NCBI GenBank assembly: GCA_002633005.1
Contig: NMRA01000084.1
Location: 651,267 to 715,266, forward strand
Direction of reading: 5' to 3'
DNA length: 64,000 bases
Origin: Phoronis australis
Taxonomy: Eukaryota; Animalia; Phoronida
Shown in pieces: positions 1 to 26,014 of this stretch. Below the pieces are notes generated by a model, which had not been told where the DNA came from, did no database searches, and worked only from the letters and a program-made list of their open reading frames with translations. The stretch's first letter is position 1; every line of letters begins with the position of its first letter. The position numbers and the translations under genes are program-made.

Positions 1-3000
1 ACTCTGACAATTAGTCCTATATCACTTTGTCAGTCTGTCAGATTGAAAAGTCGACTTAGTTTACTTGAAGTCTTCTGTAACAACCCGCACGTCAATTACG
101 AGAAAGAAAAAACAAATCCCCCTCGCAAGCGGCCATGCGATTATTTGAAGATTCGCCGTGAAATGATGAGGATTAAGCACCTAAGCCAGCTAGGTAAGAC
201 AAGGAAATGTAGGAGGTACAAGTACCTTCGCGTATCAGTGAGAAAATCTAATGTAGATTTTACATTATGCATTGTTATCGTTGAGTGATTTTTGTGTTTT
301 GTGACTATCTGGGTTTAGGTTATTGAGGATGCATGGCATTTGTTTGACACACAATTCTATCGGTAAATGTCACGCTGATATTTTGAGTTGGGAAATAATT
401 TACACTTCTTCTCTGTCATGAAAAGGTCAATTGTAGCGTGCCCTTTTTCGAACCGTTTCTTCTTTCGTTGTTCACCTTCAAGCACAAGTCTTGCGTGATA
501 TTTACATGCGAAATTCAGTTTATGAAGGGACGTATTAGAAATGTCAAGCTCGTGTTCAATATTTAAGTTCCCCGTTTCATTTGCTCTGTCGGAGTTGCAA
601 AGTTTCCATCGGAACGTCAGGATGTACGCGCGCAAAATGTGGCAACGGTGTGCGGATACGGACAATTTGGCAGAATCAGAAATAACTCGTGGATTACGAA
701 ATGCAATATGCAGTGAGATAGGAAGTATCGATATCGTATCGTTCGAAAGAGTTGAACTGGAAATTTCAGGAAAGTGTGTGTCCCTTTATATCAGGAAGGA
801 CCACCCGCCCGTTAAATTGTGTGGTTTAAAATGAAACATGGTTATGAAATGAACTGAAATAATGGGTGGACATCGGACGACAGGTATGTAAGAATATTTG
901 ATATGATTAATAATGAAGGCCCTTAAAAATTTCCTTTCAGTGGAACTGCCATTGCGCGTGAAAACTGCGGGTGCACCTGGGTGATGCCTAAAATGCGTTG
1001 GAAAATAAATTTGTTGTTGAAATTCAAGCTTGCTAACGCTTCAGAGGATGAATTCATCAACAACAGCAAAAAGACTTGTTCCGCAGTACCTTAAAGATTT
1101 ATTAAGCGATATTTATGTTATGTGACTATTGCCTTTGGACATTCTGTTTCACACAGAGGTAAAGTCGACTATTATGATTTAATTTTGTCGCAAAACTGGA
1201 GTTGTGAAATATGGTCAGTTAACGGTTCTTGTTTTCTGTCTTCACACTGAGGTCAGAATGGAGCTCATGGGTTCATTTTGCCTCAATAAACCGCTTCGTT
1301 CTTGTTTCAGCTTTCCTTGAATTTGGCCACTTTTAAACCTCCGAAGCATCGCTTAACATGTTTTTAACTAGCCAATAAAAGTGATTAAGGAGTAACAAAA
1401 TTAAATCATATTCGTGTTCCTTTTGTTTATGTATTTCGCATGATGCCATTCATGTGTCAAAATATTATAATTAATACGCGTTCTAACGCTTTGAAAGTGG
1501 GAAATTGGGGTCATCTTGGCACATAAGATCACATAAGAATTAATAGGAAACAAATTCATATAAAGTTATACTAAGAGTTGGGTTTCATCTTTTTTACAGA
1601 ATGACTAAAAGAGGATACGATGTGGAAACTGTTTTTTGTAACTAGTGGAAATCGTATCGTTGATTTGGTATTTTTTATGGAAGAATTAGAGGATTGCTCA
1701 AAAGAGTTCACAAAGAATTACTATCTCATCAATTCAGTTAATATCATAAGTCGGAAAAATTGGGGGTGAATTGAGCATATGGTCTGATGCGATTTGTTGC
1801 TCATTGTTTCCAGTGAAATTTACTGTTCCTGTATTTGTTAGCCTCATGCCAGAGCTAATTCAGCGTGATGATGCAATTTTATCTTCTTCGTTTATCGTAT
1901 TACGCCACGCTTTTATCAACATAAAGTTTTAATCAAATGACGTGAACTTATTCGCGTAGATAACAGTTACACTGCTTCCGTTACGAACCACGTCATCAAA
2001 GGGTGTTGCCGTTGTTCATTGCTATACATATGTATTTCTCACTTGATTGAGACAACTTTTATGCAAAATCACGACACTGTCTCATTTTTCTTATTATGTC
2101 GTCTCATAGAAGATATTCTCGAATGTCTACTGTTTTAGAAACTAATTTTTAAAAAATGTACACTTTGTGCTCCTTGGCGAATTAAATTCTACTACTCAAG
2201 GATTTTTATTGACACTTTTGATCAGCCATTCACTGTTGACTGTGTGCCATCCTTAAGCTCCAGCAAACTAAATGAACTTGTGTTTTTCTTTGATAAAACA
2301 GCAATGATGTCAAAAGCAAGCTGTCCCTACCTATGTCTTTTAAATGTTTCTGTGTTAGTAGGTTTGGTTTGTTAAAGTTCACAAGCTACGTTGTACTTGT
2401 CGTATTATCAAGTTTGTTTATTTTTATGTTTTTTTTATGTTTCGTTTTGACTAACAACTGCCTATTTTATCAAATCTGCAACGAGTTGCAACTTCGTTGA
2501 AACAGAATGGCCAACAAATCGAGCTGGTAGGATAGTGAATGACTGTCATCAATAAACATAACATAATATATTTCAATTGAACTGAGTTTTTAAAGTATTT
2601 TTAACTTAACTTTGTTTCAAAATCACACACTCGTCTTAGTTAACTAATGAAGTGATACGTAATTAGACGAAATGTTTCCCGCTAAGTAGATTGACAGTGA
2701 ATTATATCAGCGTAGTAGCTTCAGAAATAATTCATGCTATGAAAATGTCACTACCGCTGACAAGGCTATCTTTCATTTGTCTCAGTGGCGTACCAATATT
2801 TCTAATTGACTTAACGACAAGTTTCTTGAAAAAGTTCATCGGTTTGGCTGAGTTGCTTTAAGCATTTAACAACCAGCGGGAGCCGGTGGATGACAGACGA
2901 AGAGCTTTATACCTGCAGTTTGTCGAGATTTGTTAAATCTGATTACGACTCCTTACTTTGCTTTTCCAAATTGAAACAAGCGGAAATCAGTTCAATCGTT

Positions 3001-3154
3001 TAACATAACACTGCAGTTACGAAGATTTTGGTGTGTTCGAAGCTTGAATAACGAATTGGTATGGCTTTACATTCCAATGATTGAACCACAAAGCGGTGAT
3101 ATTACGCTTACAGAGAAGGCAATTTGATCTAACAACGTGTATTTATCCACCGCC

Positions 3155-3409
3155 TCACGTCAGTTTATATACATCCGGAAGAGGCTGTTTTAAGAACGCG
3201 TATTTAACAAATTGTACGTGTAAACCCAACCATGATCTCGCTATGCCACACGCAGTATCGAGAAATGCCCAGTCGCCCCCGCAAAAAAATTGGTCTGAAT
3301 TCCTTAAGTTATTTGAAGGCTACCATTCCGAGCGATCTTTGTGACTTAGTGGTCCAGAAGAGCCTCTTTGCCGAAAGTGACGTCTCTTCTTCTTGTTGGA
3401 ATATATAAA
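3155..3409 (+). promoter_or_regulatory. Putative NR4A promoter 1 (CRE-like sites + TATA)
   Basis: TCACGTCA 3155-3162, TGACGTCT 3378-3385, TATATAAA 3402-3409. NR4A genes are known CREB-driven immediate-early genes. Confidence 0.5.
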
Positions 3410-3805
3410 CAAAAGCGTGTGGAGTAGAAACGTACCATGCATTTTGTCAAAACCCGGCCCCAGTTTATAAGTGTGGGTTTAATTTAAAATACAACTGAAC
3501 TTTACTGACACGGTGTGCTAGTCCACAAAGGACGGAGGGCAGTGTATTCGTGTACACGAATTGTAAATAGATCACGATTAGCTATGATGGAAAAGATTAA
3601 ACTTTTCAGTGTCTACAGGTACATGTTTTTTTTTATATCAGCTTCAGCATCTGAGACGAGAACTACAGAAGCGCCCCTAGTGTCTAACACTAAAGAGTCT
3701 GTCTTGAAAACCAGCGGATCGACAGCAGATCAGTCGTATCATCATCATCAACACCAGCAACCGCAACAGAATCAACAACAACATCCTCATCAACAACCAA
3801 CGGAT

Positions 3806-17158
<13,353 letters not shown>

Positions 17159-19039
17159 GATATGATTTCGACCGATTTTATTTTCAATTGACGAAAGTAT
17201 GGACCGGTGTTGTTGTTAGTAAGACAAGACTACTTACTGAAAGTTGTAACAGATTGAATGAGTCTGATTGCGCATAGAATTCTTAACGTCGTCACATGGA
17301 CAATAAATTGTGTGTATTTATTCTGCCTGTTAGCTGAATTATTCTCCGCAGATTTCGGGCTTTACTAGTTTACTTTTCATATAAATCCAGAAACCTGAGT
17401 TGCATAGCTATAACTAACTCACGACTTAGTAAACAGGATATTCCCCCTTCAGTTGTCCGTTTTTGTTCGTTAATTAGCCAGTGTGAATACATCAAGGTAA
17501 ACTGTTTTAGAACGTGTTTGCCGCAGAAAGCAAGAAGCCTCGTAAAATTTATCAGTCTTCATGTCCAACATGCTCAGGTTCTATAACTGCATGAAGTTCT
17601 CCACGAAATATTAGTACCCAGAGTGCAACGCGCGATAGACATCGATGAGACCCGGATGGTCATCAACCATTTAATGTATTAATTATTTCCTATTATTTAA
17701 GTTTGTTAATGTAAGCATAAAGTAAGACCAAACAGCTCATTAAAATTGTGACAACCAAGAAGTCTGTTTAAGTCCAAAAATGTGAAACTTATGCCTACAT
17801 GTGGACTTAGAGGATTGGCAGTATCATTCATCCAGGTGAATTACCGTAAATGCGAAGAATTCTAATTTCCGAAACTTGAGTAAACTTACGAAAATTTTCG
17901 CTTCATCCGTCTCCTTCTACTAGGTTACTGATGACTAACTGATTCTCCTTGTACTCCTTCTACTAGGTTATGATGACCTACTGGTTCCCGCGAAAATTTC
18001 GTAGCTCTCTATCCGAGTTTTTCAACAACAACTCCAGTTTTGTGATTTATAATTGTTCGCATTTAGATGTAGACTACTGTACATTACTGTTTTACTTAGG
18101 TATTGAGGCGTGTTGACAAATCGTATAAATGCAATTGTTTATGAGGCAGTGTTCTGCACCAAATGTATGATAATTGTGTGGGCGTTATATTTTAGATGCA
18201 TGGCGTGTCTACTCGGATATTATGAACGATAAGATATTATTGTACAGCATGAGATATTCTCTTAAAATAATAAAGTTTAAAGTCAATATGTTCGGCATAT
18301 GTCCCGCGATGAATCATAAACAGTGGTAATGGAGCATATAGACGCACGTGGACACAGTGCACCACCTTATTCATTTTCAGTGCAGCGTCTACATGTTCGT
18401 ATCTTAAACTGAGATGTAATGGGACGTAGATGTGCAAGATGATACGCAGGTCTTCGGGCGCATACATACCTCTAATGTTGCCACTACAGTACTGATCATA
18501 GCTCGAGCAGAGTCAGCGAAGCTCCGTTTTCAGACATGAGAAAAGGAGAGGGGTTGGTGAAAATCATGGTCAATTAAATTAACGTATCACAATAGCGATA
18601 CGAAATGCAATCTATGAAACGATGGGGATAGAAAATGCGTAGTGTAACGCCGGAGACACAGACAAAGCTAAAACCAACAAGACATTAAACAAAAAATACA
18701 GGGGGGAAATGCTTGAAAATTGGTGGAACGGTTTGTGGTAACTAACCATTAAAGTAGATATGTACAGATGCCGAGAGTGGATAAAGCTGACCTGGACAAG
18801 TGACGCTAAAAATCGACGATTGTCCATTTCCTGACACGAACTGCCAATATGAGAGGGTCGACCGGCACGTGACATCATGGAGTTGAAGATCGTGAACAAA
18901 ACTAGCAGTTGGAAGGATTCAAATGACACAAAAAGGGTCACAGGAGAGCGACGGGTCCATTTTCTGACACAGATATGAGTTAAGAAGTAATGATCTAAGT
19001 TCACCACTTTGTTCCGTTTATTAATTTAAACTTCTTTAA

Positions 19040-19977
19040 ACAGTACACACCATGGATTTTTCCACATTTTGAATTACCGGTGGCCACAGACGTAAAATTT
19101 AGCTAAACCCATGTTTATTTTGTATAATTAGCTCGAAATTTTGATTTTTTTTTCAATTTTGCCAATTTTCACATTTCCCGCCATGTGACGTCATGGGTTG
19201 AACACAAGAGATCAGTGACTAGCATTGAACAAATGCGGAGAGCATGGAATTTGAAAGCGACGACGATTATGAGCAAAAATTGAACAAATACTATGAAGAA
19301 ACGTAAGGGAATGGTGGCCAGGATGAGGAAATTTGGTTGCACGAAAGCGAGAATAATTTTATTGTGCTAAGTTCCGGCAGCGTACTTTTCTACTTTGAGC
19401 CTTCAGAACTGGATCCTCTCGCGAGAGAAGCGGCCTCGGGCTCGGCGAGTCAACCCAGTCATCCAACAGGCGATCCCGAATTAAGAGCTGATGTTTCTGA
19501 ATGATAAATCAAGTGTTGTCCTTTATGGAACCAGGCCTTCATCGTAACATCTCCTGTGACTCGAGTCAAAACACGAGTCCTCAAAGTGGGCAGTGAGAAC
19601 ACAGAGTGACCTCGGACCGAATCGATGACGTCCCACACTCTCGAATTCGGCGCAACTTTGGTGTCCTTTGGAACACCGAGACGTTCTCCGCCTGGTTGCT
19701 GTGGCTGCAGCCTCCGGAAACACATCTTTTGATCCCTCTACGAACTTTCTCGACGCTAAATGTACTTTGCTTTCTCTTCACTCTATACACTTTGTCTCTG
19801 ATCCGAACAGTATGGCGAACGACTTGGGTTCAAGTTCAACCCATGACGTTGTACATAATTTTCTTTTTTTTCAATTTTTGCGTGTTTCTTTATGAGCTGT
19901 GCACTAAAGGCACTAAAATCTAGTAAGATATAATAATAAAATTTATTTTGAGGTACTAGAGTCATGCTGTGTACACT
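19040..19977. mobile_element. Kolobok-like non-autonomous element with decayed THAP ORF
   Basis: TTAA at 19036-19039 and 19978-19981; imperfect TIRs ACAGTACACACCATG / AGTGTACACAGCATG; frameshifted minus-strand THAP pieces (KRCVSGGCSH, PKD, AHFEDSCF). Confidence 0.65.
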
Positions 19978-20911
19978 TTAAAAGTCGGGGTGACAAATTT
20001 AGATTTTCCATAGATCGTGCGTCCGTGAACATCCGTTTCGGATCCACTCACAGACTGGTAAAAGAGAGAGTGGGCTTATCGAAAGTGGTCATTTATTATG
20101 GTATATACAATCTCTGGGAAAACATTGTAACAGAAAAGCTGCCACAAGTTATGCCAGGGACAATTAACTCGCCGAGACAGAGATATGATACAGCATAGTC
20201 TTCTCTTGCAATAATAGGCTAAATTGTAGTAATAAGTCAAGTTCAAGGAATTTTTCGTTATTATAAGAGACTGGCGTCGGCCCATACGAAATTATGAATA
20301 TGTGCATGTGCCACCATCTCGACAGCCTTAAATTATACATTTTAAAAGCATGCTCAGAAGACAGCCCGGTCAATGAAGACATGATTAATGTCAAATCCAA
20401 CACAGCCTCTGACATACGCAGTGGCGTTCACACTAAAAAGTCTTGATGTCATGTCCTTGACCTTTGCAATGTCTTTGTTACCGCATGAGGGCGCTGCTAA
20501 GGAACATAGAAAAAACAGTGCATGACTGACATACTTTTGAATGCCAGGCACTCCCACAGTTGGTTAACAAAGGAAGAACAACGCATTAAGAATCAAGCCT
20601 TTTGTTTATTTCTCAAAATGCAGCAAAACAGTCCTGAAAGAAAACAAAAAACAAAATCTAAATAGCAAACAATATATGTAAAAACTTCCAGACATTTCGT
20701 TGCCTCAACTCAGTGGTCAAAACAAAGGCAGTCGGGGAAACCGGCACCTGATAGGTGAACACTGCAACGGTCAAACACCAGTGACAGAAACAAAATGAAA
20801 AGGGAACAGGAAACAGCGTGGATTCGGCGACATTTGCTCCTTCCCATCGTTACACTGATTTTGACAACGCACGTATGTAGCGACAATAGACCTCAGTGCG
20901 CAATGACGTCT

Positions 20912-21816
20912 CAGTGGCGGATCTAGGATATCACAAGGGGGGGCCCAACATTTTGTCCAGCTGTAAGCATTTGCGCAAACTGAACCACGATTGTAAACCC
21001 CCCTCCCGCCCAGGAAATTTTTCTGTTTTTACCTCTAAAAAGCAAGCATTTTCCTTGATTCCTGAAGTATTATTCAAGAAAAAAAAACAGAGAACGTGTC
21101 AAACAAGAAAACTGAACGTAACAAAGACTTGAACTCACGACCTCGCGTTTAGAGAGCGCGTGCGTTACCACTACACCACCACGATTTGACTAGTAATGCA
21201 AAGCTAAAAGACCTACTTGTTTATGGTCCACAGCGTTTGCGCGCGAAACCTACTTCTTTTCGTAATGCTTATTACACGTTTTATATTTTGTGCCATGAAT
21301 TCTTAACAACTTTGTCGTATTTAAAATAGTCTTCAAATGCCCAAAAGACCAAATCCGTTTTTCGAGTTGGCAATAATGACGGGATTGCTTTGGAAATCGT
21401 CTAAGTTAAGGTTTGACAAAGAGAGTATTGCGAGTTTCTGAGTGATTCACTAAGGCTTCGATTGAAATTCACATCTTACCAGCAGCTTNNNNNNNNNNNN
21501 NNNNNNNNNNNNNNNNNNNNNNNNNNNNNNNNNNNNNNNNNNNNNNNNNNNNNNNNNNNNNNNNNNNNNNNNNNNNNNNNNNNNNNNNNNNNNNNNNNNN
21601 NNNNNNNNNNNNNNNNNNNNNNNNNNNNNNNNNNNNNNNNNNNNNNNNNNNNNNNNNNNNNNNNNNNNNNNNNNNNNNNNNNNNNNNNNNNNNNNNNNNN
21701 NNNNNNNNNNNNNNNNNNNNNNNNNNNNNNNNNNNNNNNNNNNNNNNNNNNNNNNNNNNNNNNNNNNNNNNNNNNNNNNNNNNNNNNNNCCCCCCCCCCC
21801 CCTAAATCCGCCTATG
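20912..21816 (+). mobile_element. G/C-rich-end DNA element spanning a gap, 5-bp TSD CGTCT
   Basis: TIRs CAGTGGCGGATCTAGG / CATAGGCGGATTTAGG; CGTCT at 20907-20911 and 21817-21821. Confidence 0.75.
21123..21183 (-). mobile_element. tRNA-derived SINE head / tRNA pseudogene
   Basis: Minus-strand TGGTGTAGTGG (A box) and GAGTTCAAGTC (B box); no acceptor stem. Confidence 0.6.
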
Positions 21817-22283
21817 CGTCTATACAACCTTGATTCTTCCCATCTTAAATAGTACCGTTTTGCCGTGCAATGAGGCCCGTGGGCGTCTCTGAGGAACTGC
21901 GCTTAGTGCCAAACTTAGGCGCATGCGCCAATATGCGACACATAAAATGGCCTCGAACACAAATAAACAGCCGGTATCGAAAAGGGCATTATATGCCCAT
22001 AAGTCTAAGGCGAGCAATATGGTAATACACAACTATTTACCGAAAATGCCCCAAGAAATTTCAAGGGGAGAGGCAACCGTAAAAAGGCAATTAGGAGGCA
22101 GAGCGGTAATCAGAACGGGGCGGGGCGCCTGTACGCGAATTAATGTTGGGCCGCCTCAGGGGACGGCATTATCTGAGCTTATGCGCGAAACTAATTAAAG
22201 TGAGCATGTGTGACTATAGGATCCACATGGGTAAAAAGGCGGCCGCAAAAAGCGTTAGTTTGAATATAGGTCCGTGGGCCTAA

Positions 22284-22350
22284 CATGGGCGGCGCGCCAT
22301 AGGGGGCTTGGGGCTATAGCCCCACTTTTTTCAGTGCTGTGCCGCCCATG
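22284..22350 (+). mobile_element. 67-bp MITE, CATGGGCGGC TIRs, 5-bp TSD CCTAA
   Basis: CCTAA at 22279-22283 and 22351-22355. Confidence 0.8.
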
Positions 22351-23361
22351 CCTAAAGGTGCGGCAATACTTTATGAGCTGATGATTTGTTTTGAGCTACG
22401 AAACTATTAAACGTCAGTTCTCTGTGTTTGTCAAACCATCAGTGAGGCGACGTTCTGCGTGACGTGTGTGATTTATTCGAAAAGGTAATAAACATGCATT
22501 CCATCAAATAATCAACCGTTCTTTGATTTAGGGTAAAATGTTATAAAGGTGGTCTCAACTTGTTCCATACTCAAATTGAATGAAAACGAGGTTCAATGGG
22601 TTGGAAAGAACTGATAGTTCGTCGGTCATTACTAGAGCCCCGAGCCTGCAGTGGAACAAGAAAAGGGCCGACGCTGGTCAAGTAACAACGAATTGACGAA
22701 TCTCTTCCACTGAGCTGACCAGAAATTGCATCTAATCGGGATAAGGAACACATTGGAGACCATGTTCCCAACTGGAGGTGGTTTAAATTGTTGATGGAAG
22801 TTGGGTTCATAGCTTCTTCAACAAATTCCAGTATCTTTAAAAACCATTTTCTAAGAAATATCAGAGATTAAGAACGATTATACAAAACTAATTTTATTAC
22901 ATCTTGAATATTAAATTTAGGTACTGCCGAGAACCCTCGTAGATTCGCGATGGGCAAAAAGACAAAGCAAAAAGAATATATTACGAAATACTAAATACCA
23001 GAAAAATTAAATGAACACTCAATAAAGCCAATATATTCAAGTGAGAAAATACGATGAATAAAACACACAAAACCATGTTCGTCCCAGTCAACGCATTGAG
23101 TATTCAAAAACGTAAACACTGGCAAAACCCTGTCGTAGAAGGAACCCGTGGATTTAGTTATTTTTCCTATAAATTTGCTTATCGAGTTAGTACCAGGTCT
23201 TTTCAGCTCCGAAGTTCATCTAACAGTCACTGTAGAGGGATTACACTGAGTGCTGGGCATTCAAAGGATAACACACAGTAGACTTACTCTCGACTCTCAG
23301 AAGTTGCAAACATTTCGAAGTCATGGGAGCACGCCACCTTTGGACATATCATGAGAGTTAT

Positions 23362-23440
23362 TTCTGCTCATGATGGACTAGAACGTCTGCACGGTTAGCG
23401 GAAGGTCCCAGGCTCGTGTTCCGGTTAGGGCAGACATCTT
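23362..23440 (+). mobile_element. Degenerate tRNA-derived SINE head
   Basis: A-box-like GCTCATGATGG and B-box-like GGCTCGTGTTCC at tRNA-like spacing. Confidence 0.4.
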
Positions 23441-23744
23441 TAAGGCTTATAGTCACAAGTGGCATGCTCACCAGATTTAAAAATGTTTCCACGCTGCTTT
23501 ATATAGGTTATATGTTGCCACAAGGTTCTAAAGTCACGAGACTGTACAATCTCCTAGTCAAAGTCCTAGTATGTAAATGTGGTTAAAAATTACTACAAAT
23601 TTTATATAATATACTTGTTTGAAAATACATAAACTACACTAAACAACGTACAAGACTGTCATTACGCTACTCATGTGGTTTGAGTAACCTACCCGAAAAT
23701 TTGGACCAAAGTTCCTCATGTCTTGTCAACCAACTTTGAATTCT

Positions 23745-24055
23745 CAGGGGCCGATCCAGGATTTTGAGTTAGGGGGGAGGGCCAGGGCACAGGACTAACC
23801 AGAATTTCGGCAGATGCGCGTGCTCTCAAAATGTAGGGATGCAGGGGCCTCGAATTTTTAGGTTTGCTGACCTTTTGACTAAAAAAGGTAAACAGGGTTT
23901 GTTGTTTAGGGCCTATGCATTGTTTATTCACCCTCGAGCCCCCCTGGTTGCACGCATGTGATAGTCAGCGATTCACAACCGAACTGCCAAATGGTATCTG
24001 GTTGAATTTTAGGGGGGGTCATGGCCCCCTTGCCCCCCCCCTAAATCAGCCACTG
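23745..24055 (+). mobile_element. G/C-rich-end MITE, 5-bp TSD ATTCT
   Basis: CAGGGGCCGATCCAGG...CTAAATCAGCCACTG; ATTCT at 23740-23744 and 24056-24060; 5' end shared with 56328-56356. Confidence 0.78.
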
Positions 24056-24800
24056 ATTCTATACAAGTCAAAACTAATCAAGATTGGAAAGAGCAAGATT
24101 AAGCAACTTCAAAGCAATCACATACACGTACAAAAATACCATACTTCTATACAAGTCTGATGATATTATGAAAGTTTCAGTGAACAAAAAAATGCAATGA
24201 ATTTACTGCAATTAATGTGTATCGACTTCTGTCAATATCCACTGAATCATGAAAAAATGTAAAGCTGAAGCTGTGACCAATACATTTTATGTGCCCATCA
24301 GAAGTGGCATTCCTACTGAAGTTGCAACTCCCCAGTTTTGAAGTAATTCGTGTGACATCATAAATCCCATCACAACTAGTATCAGAAGAGGTTGTTCAAC
24401 CTACAGACTTGCAAAACTGCCGAGCCTGGGTTGAACTCACTTTACAGAGAATTGAAAGTCCGCTAGAGGTGGTGATATGCAACACACATACATGTATTCA
24501 ATCCAGCGAGCAAATCAACTACGCCATCTGTTGTTTAATTCAAATGTATTAGCGATAACTCCGATAACTCTGATATCGTTTACAAAAGAGGAGTCAGTGA
24601 CAAAGGTAAGGGGAGTTACAATGGGGTTTCGACAGATTAGAGTTTCCCCCCAAATAGTGACATGTGACCTCAATGTTCCTAATGAACTCCCAGCATTCAC
24701 TTAATGCAGAAGATCACACATGGATCTCTAAGACCACACCCTGTTCGCTAATCAGGAATGAATTTGTTTTCAACAGCATAATGGTTGTCCATAACAGACA

Positions 24801-26014
24801 CTAACCACTACTATCTAACAAAACAATGGCTTCCGGCTTGGCTGAGCCATATGGTAGATCATTATCCACATGACCACCTTTTCCATCACCAGGGAAACCA
24901 AAAAGGAAAGTTGTGGGTTTTGCAGTTTTCGCAACTGCCATGGTAACACGGTTGCCGCTATCAGTGACAAGAACAGACGTAACAGATTCATCTGGAGTGA
25001 GACTAGCGACGACCACGCCTGACTCTACATCCCATAATGTCACATGACTGTTGGATGCGAAGGACGACGTCGTCAGCAGAACTGATTCATCTCGAATGAG
25101 TTTCAAATGTAATGCATAGCTGGGGATTGTGCAGTGCAGTTGCCACGATTGGGCGTCGTAGATTTTAACATGGTTAGTCGTGAGTGAGTAGGCGAGTCTG
25201 TTCAACTTTGAGCTATGAGTAAAGGAGAGGAGACTCCCGCCACTTTCCTCAAACCTCTGCACCACACCTTTGTTGGTGAGTGAATAAGCGACCAGTTGAG
25301 ATTTTGTCTCTCGGTCTGGAAACACCAGTAGGTCCCTACTGTCATAGAGTTGTTCAGAGAACTTGGTGTTGAATGGAATCTGAGAGCAGGTCTCATCAGA
25401 CAAATTGACAACATAACAGGTGGTGCTCTGGTAATCATGATACACCGAGTACACGGCTGCGGCACCACTCCTTTCGAAACTCAAACCATTCCGATCAGCT
25501 GATTTGTCGCTATCCAACATCAATGGAATCGATGACACCAGCTGAGCTGAGTGAATGTCGTACTTATCAATACGAGTCAAGCATTCAGAAAACATGTAAA
25601 CCAGAGAAGGGCGTTTAACAAGGAAACCATGTGTGGCTGGAAAAGTGTTGCATAGCTCACCCTGATTAAGGTCACATGTGTAACATGCGTTGTCTGTTTG
25701 TAGAAATGCGACAGTGTCAGACAGGAACTGTACACTGTTGACGCTGATACCTTTAAACTTACGAAGTTTCTCCCCAGTCATGGTATCATATACGCACAAC
25801 GAGAACTCATCAATGTATGAGACAGTTCCAACAGCATGGCGTTGTGAGTCAGGTGTTAGATAGAGCTGACCAATCACATTCAAGCCATTACCAGTATACT
25901 CTGGAGATATGACGGGATTCTCCCGCGATGTATCGTACAATCGAATGGCGTTATCCCCTCCGCACACAGCCACTGTTCTCAAGTCGTTACTCACTAGGTT
26001 GGAGATCATGATGC
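24801..26014 (-). CDS. NWD terminal exon 19 (divergent WD40 propeller)
   Basis: 402-aa ORF with IRLYD, VYDTMTG, VKIYD, LWDVESG repeats; tttctag acceptor, phase 1. Confidence 0.9.

Noticed and set aside
21123-21183. Functional tRNA gene
   Set aside because: No acceptor stem and it sits inside a transposon; treated as a SINE head.
21830-22260. GC-rich patch with NRF1-like GCGCATGCGC and YY1-like AAAATGGC as the promoter of a hidden gene
   Set aside because: No coding exons nearby and it is surrounded by MITEs; most likely repeat-derived.
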